The notes under the pieces: model-generated
What the model saw: the letters and a program-made list of their open reading frames with translations, nothing else
Database searches by the model: none
What the model was told of the DNA's origin: nothing
Translations under genes and position numbers: made by a program
Shown here: positions 45,091 to 56,061 of the stretch, one piece after another
Layout of the letters: each line of letters starts with the position of its first letter
Numbering within the stretch: the first letter of the stretch is position 1
NCBI GenBank assembly: GCA_049852185.1
Contig: CP187540.1
Source of the DNA: Methanocaldococcus sp. 28A
GTDB taxonomy: Archaea; AGJL01; Methanococci; Methanococcales; Methanocaldococcaceae
Length of the DNA: 64,000 bases
Strand: one strand, 5' to 3'

Positions 45091-45780
45091 TTACTCTAAA
45101 AAAATGAACTTTATAATCTGCTTAGCAACTTCTAAGATTTTCTTTGTAGTTATGTAAGAAATTGCCTCATCATGATACTCAACACTCACATATTCTTCAA
45201 CAATCTTAGCTCCTTTTTTTGCTAATTGCAAAGCAATAAAATGTTCTACTGCATAACCTTCTCCAAATTTTATATCTTTCAAGAACTCTGCCTTTATTAT
45301 CCTAAATCCACACTGAACATCTCTAAAGAAATAAAACCTTTTTGAATATACAAACACAGCCAACGATGTTAAAATTGAAGCAAGGAAATTAGAAACTTGC
45401 CTATGCAATGGAATATGCTTATATTTTCTAACACCAAAAACAGCATCTGCATTAGTGTCTTTTAATTTTTTTAATAATTTTGGAATGTCCATAGGCTTAT
45501 GCTGATAATCTCCATCAATATATACAATATATTTGTATTTATCTAAAGACAAAGCAAATCTTGTTCCTTTTTCTATTGCTTTTGCTTTACCTTGATTTTT
45601 TTCATTTTTTATTAAATAAACATTAATCTTAGAATTTTTTGCAAATTCTTCAACTACTTTTGAAGTGTTATCTTTAGAGCCATCATCAACTACTACAGCA
45701 TCAACACTCAACTTTTCCAAATCTCTTAAAACCTTTAAAATATTTCTCTCTTCATTGAATGCTGGAATTATCGCAATCAT
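45091..45780 (-). CDS. Glycosyltransferase family 2
   Basis: IIPAFNE, VDDGSKD, DGDYQH, DVQCGFR motifs. Confidence 0.93.
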   Translation of the reverse strand: MIAIIPAFNEERNILKVLRDLEKLSVDAVVVDDGSKDNTSKVVEEFAKNSKINVYLIKNEKNQGKAKAIEKGTRFALSLDKYKYIVYIDGDYQHKPMDIPKLLKKLKDTNADAVFGVRKYKHIPLHRQVSNFLASILTSLAVFVYSKRFYFFRDVQCGFRIIKAEFLKDIKFGEGYAVEHFIALQLAKKGAKIVEEYVSVEYHDEAISYITTKKILEVAKQIIKFIFLE

Positions 45781-45804
45781 AAGCTATCACAATAAGAGTC
45801 TATG

Positions 45805-45872
45805 TATAGAACTTTTGTAGGGAATAAACATTAAAAGGCTCTTCAGGCATCTAAATTTTCAAAAGTCCTATA
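45805..45872. mobile_element. Family-2 repeat (internally deleted)
   Basis: TATAGAACTTTTGTAGGGAATA...CATCTAAATTTTCAAAAGTCCTATA. Confidence 0.65.
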
Positions 45873-45943
45873 TAGTAAATTTAAAGTTAAAAACCATAAA
45901 AAAGTAACGTAAATTAAAAAATTTTGCTAAAATAGAATAATAT

Positions 45944-46681
45944 TTAGAGTTTAATTAAATACATTGCAATAAATCCAAATATTACCCCTAAAATTAATCC
46001 AAAAATCCCATAAATTAACCAACTACCATTATTTGTAGATTGTACATTTTCTGTTGATGTTTCATTATTGGTATAGTTTGTTGTATATAATTTTGATGAC
46101 CCATTATTTATTGTTTGAGTTGAATTTTTTATATTATTGTTAGATATATTTGTTTTATTTGAGCTAATATTAATATTTTTTATTGATATATTGGATACAA
46201 TTTTTTTATTTATTATATTATTTTTGGAAATATTTCCAGAAATATTTTTTAGAATTGTTATATTATAATTTATTTCTTCTGATATATTTTCAATTACATT
46301 TTTAGATGTAATCTTAAACAGTGGTAATATTGTAATATTGAATAAAAACTTTCTTTTTACTGTTATCCCATTTACAAAATATTCCATCTGAATTTTAATT
46401 GTATGGTTTCCAGATTTTATAGCTTTACCTTCAAAGATATGCAATATTTTAGCATCTTCAACAACTCCCGCATAGTATAATGTTGAGTTATTAAATTCTA
46501 CAGCATCTGAAGAAACCGTAACATTAAAATCTTCAACAGTATATGGTGCTCTCCATTGAAATATAACATACACGGAATTATTGACTAGACATTTTTCTGG
46601 AGTTATTAAAATTTCTGGATTTGAAGCATAAATTGGTAAAATAAAAAATAATAATAAGAGAGAGATGATAATCTTTTTCAT
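45944..46681 (-). CDS. Membrane-anchored surface protein with Asn-rich stalk
   Basis: Signal peptide, beta-rich domain, many N-x-S/T sequons, C-terminal TM segment. Confidence 0.8.
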   Translation of the reverse strand: MKKIIISLLLLFFILPIYASNPEILITPEKCLVNNSVYVIFQWRAPYTVEDFNVTVSSDAVEFNNSTLYYAGVVEDAKILHIFEGKAIKSGNHTIKIQMEYFVNGITVKRKFLFNITILPLFKITSKNVIENISEEINYNITILKNISGNISKNNIINKKIVSNISIKNINISSNKTNISNNNIKNSTQTINNGSSKLYTTNYTNNETSTENVQSTNNGSWLIYGIFGLILGVIFGFIAMYLIKL

Positions 46682-46682
46682 C

Positions 46683-46862
46683 TTACCCCCCAATTTTCAA
46701 TTTTCTTAACCTTTCATTTAGTTTATCAACCTCCTCTTTTGTTAATCTTGTAGCTTTTTTAACTTCTTCTAATTCTTTTTGGAGAGTCATTACTTTAATA
46801 CCAAGTATTACGTTTAGAGCTAAGCTAATACCTACAATAATGTATAATATTATTATATCCAT
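46683..46862 (-). CDS. Small TM plus coiled-coil protein (59 aa, absent from ORF track)
   Basis: [59 protein letters not shown]; GGAGGAG RBS; fills the gap after minD. Confidence 0.8.
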   Translation of the reverse strand: MDIIILYIIVGISLALNVILGIKVMTLQKELEEVKKATRLTKEEVDKLNERLRKLKIGG

Positions 46863-46864
46863 AT

Positions 46865-47647
46865 TTATCTCCTCCCAAACAACCCCTTAATAAATTTAGA
46901 TATAAATGACTCTTTCTGTTTCTTAAGTTGTGCTTCATACTTAACACCACATAACTTAGCTGCAATTTCCATAATTGCTTGAGCGGCTGGAGAATCTGGA
47001 TACATGATAACAAGAGGAGTTCCAAATGCAGCTGCTTTTCTAACGTGAGGGTCTTCTGGAACAACACCTATAACAGGAACTTCTAATATGGTTTCTATTG
47101 CTTTAACTCCCAACTCTGTACTTTCATTAGAAACTCTATTGACAATAGCTCCAATAATCTCAGTACCTAATCTTTTTGTTAGAGCTATAATTTTTAGTGC
47201 ATCAGATATTGAAGAAATTTCTGGATTTACAACAACAATTAAACCATCTGCTGATGATATTGCTATCAATGTCTCTTTTCCAATACCTGCAGGACAGTCA
47301 ATAATTAAAATATCTACTAAATCATGTATTGCTTTTAAAACTTCTTCAAGTTTTTCTGGCTTAGCCCTTCTAAATTTTTCCAATGAAACTCCAGCAGGTA
47401 TAACTAAAACTCCTTCTGGCCCTTCATAGATTGCATCTTTTATATCTGCTTTGCCGGCCAATACATCATTCAAAGTTATTGGCTTTCCTTCTAACCCCAT
47501 AATAAGTTCTAAGTTTGCCATTGCTATGTCAGCATCTAAAACAGCTACTTTTTTTCCAAATTTTGCCAATGCTACAGCAAGATTTGCAGATATTGTTGTC
47601 TTTCCAGTCCCCCCTTTTCCAGAAGCTATTGCGATAGCTATTGCCAT
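46865..47647 (-). CDS. minD: MinD/ParA family ATPase
   Basis: SGKGGTGKTT and IDCPAG motifs; amphipathic C-terminus FISKFIKGLFG. Confidence 0.92.
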   Translation of the reverse strand: MAIAIAIASGKGGTGKTTISANLAVALAKFGKKVAVLDADIAMANLELIMGLEGKPITLNDVLAGKADIKDAIYEGPEGVLVIPAGVSLEKFRRAKPEKLEEVLKAIHDLVDILIIDCPAGIGKETLIAISSADGLIVVVNPEISSISDALKIIALTKRLGTEIIGAIVNRVSNESTELGVKAIETILEVPVIGVVPEDPHVRKAAAFGTPLVIMYPDSPAAQAIMEIAAKLCGVKYEAQLKKQKESFISKFIKGLFGRR

Positions 47648-47725
47648 TAATGTCACCTTCAAAATATTTCCTCAAACAATTAATATGAATGGTAGGTAAT
47701 ATATAAAGATTTAGGTTTTTCTTCG

Positions 47726-48607
47726 TTATTTATGGCAAATTATATATTTAGTAATTACTCTCTCGTTTGTCCCTTTTATTTTCATATCTCCATTTTCAAT
47801 AACTACAATATCTCCATCTTTAAAGTTGCCTTCTATCTCCACAACCTTAAATATCTTTGGATTTGGGTCAATTTTATCAATAGCTATGTATTCGTCATAT
47901 AGATGAAGTTTTTTGTCTTTAATAATTCCAATTTCTCCATTTTTTACAATTTTATTAACTATAGTCATAACTTTTCCAAAATTAATAAGCTGTTTTTTTA
48001 AATTTTCTCTATATTTAAATAGGTTCTCAATATCTTTTTTAACTACCTCCTCAAAATTTTTCTCATATTTATTTACTTTGTAGATATCATACTCCTTACT
48101 TAGACTTGGATTCCATTTTAATTTTTCAAAAATATTCCTTATTGTAATTTCTATTTGTTCTAAAGGCATCATTGGGAATAATTTTGCAGTATTTTTTAAT
48201 TCTTCTTCAGCTTTCTTTTTTAAAAATCTATTTCCAAGAACTATAAGTCCAAAACCTTCCTTTATTGTTTGATTAGTAACCATGTCGTTTAGAATTTCCA
48301 CAATAGCACATTTTCCTTTTGTTGCATAAACTCTCCTTCTCTTTGCATCAATACCTAAGCTTCTAACTTCTCCAACTACTACCGAATCAGATATTTTTCT
48401 AACCTTTTCTCTACTGTCCTCAATTATAATCTTAATATTTAATTTTTCAGCTAATTTATAAAGCTCCTCTTCTGATTTTATTTCTCCATTATATAATTTT
48501 TCTTCTAAAATTTTTCTATTTTCTTCCTTACCTCTAAAAAACATCTGCCTTCTATCTCCTCCTATTACTGCTCCATTTTTACCATAATAGCAAATAATTA
48601 AGCTCAT
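47726..48607 (-). CDS. DUF2121 connectase (proteasome-beta-like protein ligase, MJ0548-like)
   Basis: N-terminal Ser: [21 protein letters not shown]; EEKLYNGEI. Confidence 0.85.
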   Translation of the reverse strand: MSLIICYYGKNGAVIGGDRRQMFFRGKEENRKILEEKLYNGEIKSEEELYKLAEKLNIKIIIEDSREKVRKISDSVVVGEVRSLGIDAKRRRVYATKGKCAIVEILNDMVTNQTIKEGFGLIVLGNRFLKKKAEEELKNTAKLFPMMPLEQIEITIRNIFEKLKWNPSLSKEYDIYKVNKYEKNFEEVVKKDIENLFKYRENLKKQLINFGKVMTIVNKIVKNGEIGIIKDKKLHLYDEYIAIDKIDPNPKIFKVVEIEGNFKDGDIVVIENGDMKIKGTNERVITKYIICHK

Positions 48608-48726
48608 TCTATTTCACCTTAAACAATTATAAAACAATTATAAATAAGTATTATTAATATAGTTAATCTTATATATTAGTTATTAAATAGTAATATTTAT
48701 AGGTTCAAAAATAAATGGGGGGTATC

Positions 48727-49152
48727 ATGACAGAGATGGATAGGATTAGCATTTCCTTACCTTCAAAACTCTTAAAAGAGTTTGATGAAATAATTGCTGA
48801 AAGGGGATATGCAAGTAGAAGTGAAGCAATAAGAGATGCTATTAGGGATTATATAATAAAACACAAGTGGATACACAGCTTAGAAGGAGAAAGAGCAGGG
48901 AGTATAAGCGTAATCTACAATCATCACGCATCAGACGTTATGGAAAAGATTACTGAGATTCAGCATAATTATACAGATATTATTGTTGCTACTTTGCATT
49001 TACACTTAGACCACGACCACTGCTTAGAAACGATATTAGTTAAAGGGGATGCTAAGAAAATTAGAGAATTAACAGATAAATTAACAGCTTTAAAAGGAGT
49101 TAAACAAGTGAGATTAAGTGTTATGGTTCCAGGAGGTCATATTCCAGAATAA
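48727..49152 (+). CDS. nikR: Nickel-responsive regulator NikR
   Basis: RISISL, SRSEAIRDAIR, LHLHLDHDHCLE motifs. Confidence 0.96.
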   Translation: MTEMDRISISLPSKLLKEFDEIIAERGYASRSEAIRDAIRDYIIKHKWIHSLEGERAGSISVIYNHHASDVMEKITEIQHNYTDIIVATLHLHLDHDHCLETILVKGDAKKIRELTDKLTALKGVKQVRLSVMVPGGHIPE

Positions 49153-49216
49153 TTTTATTATTTTTTTATTTTATTACTGGAGTGATATTTGAATTATTTC
49201 AAGATGGGAATATAAA

Positions 49217-49460
49217 TTGAAAGAGGAATTAAAGGATTTCAATTTTGATGATAAGATTGAAGTAATCTCAAATCTAATTAATAAACAACTAACTGCAAAA
49301 AATTTATTACAAATAACAAATTTAGGCCAAACTAAACTGTATCAAATCTAAACAAATTAGAAAATGAAGGAATTATAAAATTTATAGGTGGAAAGCTAAA
49401 ATTATATTATATCGACAATATACAATATAAAAGAAAGTTTACAAAAAACTCATGAAAGGA
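49217..49460 (+). pseudogene. TrmB-like HTH regulator remnant
   Basis: LTAKNLLQITNLGQTKLYQI*, frameshift, then NKLENEGIIKFIGGKLKLYYI. Confidence 0.55.
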
Positions 49461-49515
49461 TAGAACATGAAAATATGGTTAAAAATATTAAAAGAGAAAA
49501 ATTATTGAGAATGCT

Positions 49516-49908
49516 CTAAAACAATCTCTTATTTACATAGGAAAATAAACTCTCTATATCTCTAATTCCACTATTTGTGTAAATAAATATTTCTTGCCTG
49601 ATTTTTGTATTCACTTTAATTCCTCTATGTCTAAACTCTTCTACTATTGCCTTAGCTAACATCCTGCCTCTTCTATCAAAGTCAGTTAGTAAAATAACCT
49701 CTTTAATCCCTTTTCTTACGAGTTCATCAGCTATTAAATAAACTGGTATCTTAGCTATTATAATAAAAGTTCCTTCAACACCTAATTTTTCTAAGCTTTC
49801 AACATCTCTTTTACCTTCAACAATAATTGGTTTCTCTTCTGCTTCAATTTTTAATTCTTCAATAACTTCTAACAATTTTTCAAAATATTCATCCCTCCTC
49901 ATATTCAT
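49516..49908 (-). CDS. Small TOPRIM-domain protein (UPF0292)
   Basis: IIVEGKRD and ILLTDFDRRG motifs. Confidence 0.9.
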   Translation of the reverse strand: MNMRRDEYFEKLLEVIEELKIEAEEKPIIVEGKRDVESLEKLGVEGTFIIIAKIPVYLIADELVRKGIKEVILLTDFDRRGRMLAKAIVEEFRHRGIKVNTKIRQEIFIYTNSGIRDIESLFSYVNKRLF

Positions 49909-49941
49909 CTTCCAAAAATTTTTATTATTTATTTTTAAAAA

Positions 49942-52026
49942 TTATAGCTTACCAACAATAGGCTCTAAAATAGATTTTTGCTCTTCTTTACAAATATTTT
50001 TCAAAATCTTCTTTATTAATTTTTTATCCTCTTCCTCTGCAGAACTATACATTGAAGCAAGTAAATACATATAATCCTCTAAAAGCTCAGGCTTTCTTTC
50101 ACTAACTTTGAGCGTTATCTTTAAGCAAGTTCTCCTTTTATCAGTATTTAATAAATCTCTAATATTATGTATGCTATTCGGATATTTAAATATAGCGTTT
50201 GCAATAACCTCTATCATTATTTTTTCTTCTCCCCTATAAGTTCCAATTTCGTTAATTAGTATTGGAATAACAAGCTTATTAGGATACTCTTTAAAAAACT
50301 CTAAAGCCATTAACCTTAATTTTTTTGTTTCATATATCATTTCAGCAATTTTTGGAATTAGTAAGTTTATTATTTCTTCATCTAAAAGATTTTCACTAAT
50401 AAATTTTTTAACTGCGTTGATAAAAGCTAATTTTGAATAATAACCAACAGCCATATTCATAATTTCTCCAATTTTATCTACTCTATTTAAAGAAGCATAG
50501 ATTATGATTTTGTTTGCATATAACAAATCAGTATCTTCTATAAATATATTTTCAATGACTTCTAAGATTTCTTTAGCTAAATCATCGTTTATTTTATTTT
50601 TATTATTACTTACAATTCCTGCTAAATGAACTATAAGTTCCCCATGTCTTCTAACATCCTCTAAAAACTCATGTATATTTATTAAATCTAAATTTTTAGC
50701 TCCTATTAACTCTATCGTTTTATAAAATTCATAACCGAGTTTTTCAGAAATTCTTAAACTACTATAGTGTATATCATATTTTAAACAAATCTCAGCAGTA
50801 ATTTCTTCTATTAATCTCATAGCTACTCTACACTTTCTTATTTCCTCTTCCATCATTAACATATGTCTAAATCCGCCCATATACTTCTCTTCATCTAATT
50901 TATAAATTAGCTCTTTTAATCTTTTATGCTCATTAATTAAAAACATTAAATATTCTCTCTTAGCAAATTCCTTTAATATTCTTAGAGATGAAATCTTTAA
51001 ACTCAAATTCATTTTTTTTGCGTACATCAACGCTTTATTTTCAATATAGTCTCTTAAATCATCATTATTTTGCGCTATTTTTTTAAGTTCTCTTATTGCA
51101 GATGTTTTTGCTTTTCCATATCCATAATTTAAAAATTTAAATAATAAATCAACTTTATTTTTTGAATCACTCTTTAAAGATATTAATTTAACACCAATAA
51201 ACTGATTTTCTTCATCTCCAGTATATAAAAACGCTCTTAAAAACTCTTTATCATAAAAATTAGAAGGGATTTTAATATTTTCTCTTAAAATTATATTTAA
51301 AGCAGTTTTTCCATGTGATTGTAATAGAGATTTTATATCTTCATTTGACAATTTTATTTGAATATTTAATTTCTCAAATAATTGTTTAAATTTTTTGTAT
51401 AGTTTTTTGCTTTCATCTCCTAACAAAGTTAGATTTAAACAACGCTTTAAGATATCTTTTTGTTTATCATCTAAGGAATCAACTATACTTAACAATATAT
51501 CTAAGACAAGCTCTTTCTCATACTTTTTTTGAGAATATAACTTATTAGCCAGGATTTTTAATATCTCGTCTGAATTATAATTATTATAATTTTTTAATAA
51601 AACATTTATTCCTTCATTTATATCTTTAGTTTTTGTATATTCAAGAATTGCCCTAAAAAATACATTATCATATTCCATATATTTTATAAATAGGTAAAGA
51701 ATCTTTTCATCCAAATGTTTTTTTGTAATTTCAATTATTGCCTCTTCAACATTCTCTTTATTACTTATCTTTTTTAATATTTCTTCAGCTTTTTTAGATA
51801 TAGATTTTTTTTCATTTAGAGCTGAGATTATATAAAATAAATATCTTTCAATAAGTTTGTTATTTAACCTTTTTAAAACTAATAAGGCCCTCCTAATATC
51901 ATCTTTTTCGTTGCTAATAAATAATTCATCTAAAAAACTTAAAATATCAGGATTATTATTAATTAACTTAGATAATTTGTCATACTTACCTTCTCTTAAA
52001 TATCCTAAAAACTCCTCCTTTTTCAT
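49942..52026 (-). CDS. HEAT/ARM-repeat-like hypothetical protein
   Basis: 694-aa helical Leu/Ile-rich ORF with repeated RxxAL.xL patterns. Confidence 0.7.
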   Translation of the reverse strand: MKKEEFLGYLREGKYDKLSKLINNNPDILSFLDELFISNEKDDIRRALLVLKRLNNKLIERYLFYIISALNEKKSISKKAEEILKKISNKENVEEAIIEITKKHLDEKILYLFIKYMEYDNVFFRAILEYTKTKDINEGINVLLKNYNNYNSDEILKILANKLYSQKKYEKELVLDILLSIVDSLDDKQKDILKRCLNLTLLGDESKKLYKKFKQLFEKLNIQIKLSNEDIKSLLQSHGKTALNIILRENIKIPSNFYDKEFLRAFLYTGDEENQFIGVKLISLKSDSKNKVDLLFKFLNYGYGKAKTSAIRELKKIAQNNDDLRDYIENKALMYAKKMNLSLKISSLRILKEFAKREYLMFLINEHKRLKELIYKLDEEKYMGGFRHMLMMEEEIRKCRVAMRLIEEITAEICLKYDIHYSSLRISEKLGYEFYKTIELIGAKNLDLINIHEFLEDVRRHGELIVHLAGIVSNNKNKINDDLAKEILEVIENIFIEDTDLLYANKIIIYASLNRVDKIGEIMNMAVGYYSKLAFINAVKKFISENLLDEEIINLLIPKIAEMIYETKKLRLMALEFFKEYPNKLVIPILINEIGTYRGEEKIMIEVIANAIFKYPNSIHNIRDLLNTDKRRTCLKITLKVSERKPELLEDYMYLLASMYSSAEEEDKKLIKKILKNICKEEQKSILEPIVGKL

Positions 52027-52095
52027 GTTATCACAAAATATTTTTTATTAATTATTTATTTAACTATAAAATAAAAAAACTTTTCTGGTGAAATT

Positions 52096-54111
52096 ATGAA
52101 GAGTGAAATGACTAATGTTGATGTATGTTGTGTCGTAAATGAATTACAGAACTTGGTTAATGGTAGGTTGGATAAGGCGTTTTTAATTGATAATGAGCAG
52201 AATAGAGAGTTGATATTAAAAATCCATATTCCCGAAGGTGGGAGTAGGGAGCTTGTTATAAGCATTGGTAAATACAAATATACAACTTTAACAAATTATG
52301 AAAGAGAAAAGCCAAAACTTCCACCATCTTTTGCCATGCTATTAAGAAAATATTTAAAGAATGCCAAATTAATCAAAATTGAGCAAGTAAATTTTGATAG
52401 AATAATTATAATGTATTTTGAAACAAAAGAGGGAATTTATAAATTAGTTGCTGAGCTATTTGGTGAAGGGAATGTTATATTTTTGAATAGTGAAGATACA
52501 ATTATTGCTCCGCTTAGAGTGGAGAGATGGAGCACAAGAAATATAGTTCCTAAGGAAAAGTATAAGTTCCCTCCACAAAAGCCATTAAATCCATATAATT
52601 TAGATTTTTCTATAGCTTATGAGGTATTTAAAGATTATTTCTTAAATAATAAAGGTGTAGAATGTGTTAGATTAGTATCAAGAGTTTTTGGTATTGGAGG
52701 GCTTTATGCTGAAGAGATTTGTGAAAGGGCTGGAATAGATAAGAAAAAGAAAGATTTAAATGAAGAAGAGATTAAAACGTTGTTTGAAACATCTAAAAAT
52801 CTATTTAATGAAATATTTAACAATAGAAAGCCACAAATTGTTTTAAAAGATAACGAATACTTTGATGTTGTGCCTATTGATTTAAAAAAATATCAAGATT
52901 TAGAGAAAAAGTATTATAATAGTTTTTTAGAAGCGGTTGATGACTACTTTGCCAAATTTTTAACAAACGTTGTAGTTAAAAAAGAAAAATCAAAATTAGA
53001 GAGAGAAATTGAAAAGCAGGAAAACATATTAAAAAGGCAGTTAGAAACTTTGAAGAAGTATAAAGAAGATGCAGAGAAAAACCAAATTAAAGGGGATTTA
53101 ATTTATGCCAACTATCAAATTGTTGAAGAGCTATTAAATGCTATAAAGCAGGCAAGAGAAAAAATGGATTGGGCAAAAATTAAAAAAATAATTAGAGATA
53201 ATAAAGAGCATCCAATCTTAGGATTGATTGAAAATATAAATGAGAATGTTGGGGAAATAATTATTAGATTAAAAGCAGAGGTTGATGATAATGTTATAGA
53301 GGAGAGAGTTTCTTTGGATATAAGGAAAAATGCCTTTGAAAATGCTGAAAGCTATTATGAAAAAGCTAAGAAGCTTAGAGGCAAAATTGAAGGAATAGAA
53401 AATGCTATAAAATTAACCAAGAAGAAAATAGAAGAGCTTAAAAAGAAAGGAGAAAAAGAGTTAAAAGAAAAAGAAGCTATACAGATGAAGAAAAAAGTAA
53501 AGAAAGAGAGAAAATGGTATGAGAAGTTTAAATGGACTGTTATCAATGGATTTTTAGTAATTGCAGGAAAAGATGCAATAACAAACGAGATTATTATTAA
53601 AAAATACACTGACAAAGATGATATTGTATTCCACGCAAATATTCAAGGAGCTCCATTCACAGTCATAAAAACAAATGGTAGAGAGGTTGATGAAGAAACG
53701 TTAGAGGAGGTTGCTAAATTTTCTGTTTCCCATTCAAGGGCTTGGAAGCTTGGATATGGGGCTATAGACACTTACTGGGTTAAACCTGAACAGATATCAA
53801 AAACAGCTGAAAGTGGGGAATATTTAAAAAGAGGGGCGTTCGTAATTAGAGGAGAGAGACATTATTATAGGAACACACCATTAGAGTTGGGTATTGGAAT
53901 TATTGAATATGATGGCTCATTAAAAATTACAACAGCTCCACCAAAAACTTTACAAAAGAGCTTTATTAAGTGGGTTCTATTAAAACCTGGTAATAAAGAG
54001 AAAGGAAAAGTAGTTAAAGAACTTAAAGAGATATTTAAGGATTATGATGTTGATGATGAAGACATTTTAAGAGTTCTTCCTCCAGGAGGATGTGAGATAG
54101 TTAAAAAATAA
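52096..54111 (+). CDS. rqcH: Ribosome quality-control protein Rqc2/RqcH (NEMF family)
   Basis: FAMLLRKYL, NFDRI, WYEKFKW, GKDAITNE, GEYLKRGAF motifs. Confidence 0.93.
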   Translation: MKSEMTNVDVCCVVNELQNLVNGRLDKAFLIDNEQNRELILKIHIPEGGSRELVISIGKYKYTTLTNYEREKPKLPPSFAMLLRKYLKNAKLIKIEQVNFDRIIIMYFETKEGIYKLVAELFGEGNVIFLNSEDTIIAPLRVERWSTRNIVPKEKYKFPPQKPLNPYNLDFSIAYEVFKDYFLNNKGVECVRLVSRVFGIGGLYAEEICERAGIDKKKKDLNEEEIKTLFETSKNLFNEIFNNRKPQIVLKDNEYFDVVPIDLKKYQDLEKKYYNSFLEAVDDYFAKFLTNVVVKKEKSKLEREIEKQENILKRQLETLKKYKEDAEKNQIKGDLIYANYQIVEELLNAIKQAREKMDWAKIKKIIRDNKEHPILGLIENINENVGEIIIRLKAEVDDNVIEERVSLDIRKNAFENAESYYEKAKKLRGKIEGIENAIKLTKKKIEELKKKGEKELKEKEAIQMKKKVKKERKWYEKFKWTVINGFLVIAGKDAITNEIIIKKYTDKDDIVFHANIQGAPFTVIKTNGREVDEETLEEVAKFSVSHSRAWKLGYGAIDTYWVKPEQISKTAESGEYLKRGAFVIRGERHYYRNTPLELGIGIIEYDGSLKITTAPPKTLQKSFIKWVLLKPGNKEKGKVVKELKEIFKDYDVDDEDILRVLPPGGCEIVKK

Positions 54112-54210
54112 CTATAATTACATTTAAAAGTAGTTATCGGTTTCGTTTTTAGTAGGTCTTTAATATATAAATATAATAGTAAAGGACATGCAGAATATAA
54201 AAATTGGAGG

Positions 54211-55231
54211 GAGGTTGTCGAAAAATTGAATTAGGAAGAGTATGAAGTATTATGTATTAATACTGATAATCTCATTAATATTAATATATTATGTACTATT
54301 GCAGCAGCGATAGTGCTGTTTCGTCTAATATTTAGCAATCTATCGTTTAATTTTAGACGGTTTTTAGTTTCCAGCCCACCAAAAATGGATTCCACGACTC
54401 CACGGTATCTATATAAATTTTGATTAAACATACCTTTGATTCGTTTTCTAACCTTATTGGTTTTATAATCCCATTTAAACTCTTTAGTTTTAACTATGGG
54501 GGAGATGTTGTGATTTAGTGAGTATTCGAACAGTTCACAGCAATCGTATCCACTATCAGCCAATAGATATTCAATATCTAAAAAATCGATTTGTTTAAGC
54601 ATTTCTAATAAGTTTGCACTATCGGAACTATAATTAGTGCCCCAACGGGCAGCAACTACTGGAATATAGCCATAGTTAGGATAATAGCATGCTAAAATAT
54701 GCAATTTACCAAACACTCGTCGTTTAGTCCGTTTTCCTCGATAAATACATTCACTATATAATCTATTTATGGAAACACCCGCGGAGTCAGCGATATATAT
54801 TTTATTGGTGGGCTGTTTCAGTAAATTGTCTATAATTACATACGTAAAGGTAAGTAAGGCTGACAAAGAGGTATAATCTATTCGTTTGAATGCTTTACTG
54901 GTAGGATATTCGATATGGTCTCTAAGTCTCTCAAACTAAGTGTGTAGATATGTTTTAATATTTGAACAGCCATATATTCATTATGGGATATAGCTAGAGC
55001 TCGACCTACCCTTCGTCTTTCTATCGAGGGGCGATTTAACTTATTTATAATACGTAAAATAAATATATATGTCTCCACTATGTCGTATTTCTTATATCTA
55101 AGGTCGTAAGCTTTCCAATAATCCTTCCGCTTCTTGAAACTTTTCTTTTTCTCTCTTGTTTTCTTATTTTCTTCCCGCTTCATATTTCGTATTATCTACT
55201 ATCAGTTAGTTTAATATTTTTCGACAACCTC
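54211..55231 (-). mobile_element. IS5/IS4-superfamily DDE insertion sequence, 1021 bp
   Basis: 15-bp TIRs GAGGTTGTCGAAAAA (54211-54225) / TTTTTCGACAACCTC (55217-55231); no clear TSD. Confidence 0.9.
54231..55183 (-). pseudogene. Frameshifted DDE transposase
   Basis: IADSAG, LADSGYD, YRYRGVVESIFG motifs; frame changes near 54900 (LETIS | SKAFKRIDY). Confidence 0.85.
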
Positions 55232-55583
55232 AAAGATTGTGCAAACTCTTTATAAATAAAACGCACAACCATAAAGAAAAATAAGTACAATAAGAAGAGA
55301 TTTTATATAAAATAACTCTTATCAAATTTTAAAACATACAAAATAAAAACAAACATCTAAAATCCCTAAAAAATAAAAATTTTCCATTGGAAAAATCAGT
55401 ATTACTTTTTATCAATTTTCTAATACCAAATTCCAATAAGTAGTATATAAAAGCAAGAAAGTAAAATTAAAAAATCTAATTTGCATATTAAAAATTCTAA
55501 TAAAATCTAAAGAAGCATAACTTATTTATATTTTAATTATATCAATTTGTCATTAACAATAATGATAGATTATTGGTGGCATT

Positions 55584-56030
55584 ATGATTAAAAAAATGGC
55601 AAGAAAAAAATGCATTCATGTTATGCTTGTTTATACTGGTGGATGTAATGCATGTGATATTGAGGTTGTTAATGCTATCTTTTCTCCATTTTATGATGCC
55701 GAGCAGTATAATGTTTTTTTAACATTTAATCCAAGAGAGGCGGATATTTTAGTTGTTACTGGATGTGTTACTAAAGTTGTTGCTGAATCTTTAAGAAAGA
55801 TTTATGAAAAGATTCCAGAGCCAAAAGCCGTTGTTGCTGTTGGAGCATGTGCGTTAATGGGAGGTGTTTATAAAAACATAGGTGGAGACTTAGGAACTTC
55901 AGATTTTATAGCAGGACCAGTTGAAAATATAATCCCAGTAGATGTTAAAGTGCCTGGCTGTGCTCCAAGACCTGAAGATATTATAGCTGGGATAGTTAAA
56001 GCTCTACCTAAAGTTATTGAAGGTAGATAA
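55584..56030 (+). CDS. ehbM: Ehb hydrogenase small subunit
   Basis: [24 protein letters not shown] motifs. Confidence 0.88.
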   Translation: MIKKMARKKCIHVMLVYTGGCNACDIEVVNAIFSPFYDAEQYNVFLTFNPREADILVVTGCVTKVVAESLRKIYEKIPEPKAVVAVGACALMGGVYKNIGGDLGTSDFIAGPVENIIPVDVKVPGCAPRPEDIIAGIVKALPKVIEGR

Positions 56031-56061
56031 ATAACGTTAAAATCTTTCTGAGGGATATGTT

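Noticed and set aside
48640-48700. NikR operator in the nikR promoter
   Set aside because: AT-rich pseudo-palindromes cannot be distinguished from background by eye.
54211-54225. The IS as the mobiliser of family-1 MITEs
   Set aside because: TIRs share only GTTGT and an A-run; the terminal bases differ.
55236-55272. Possible extra family-1 copy (ATTGTGCAAA...GCACAACCATA)
   Set aside because: Too degenerate, and the interior does not match.
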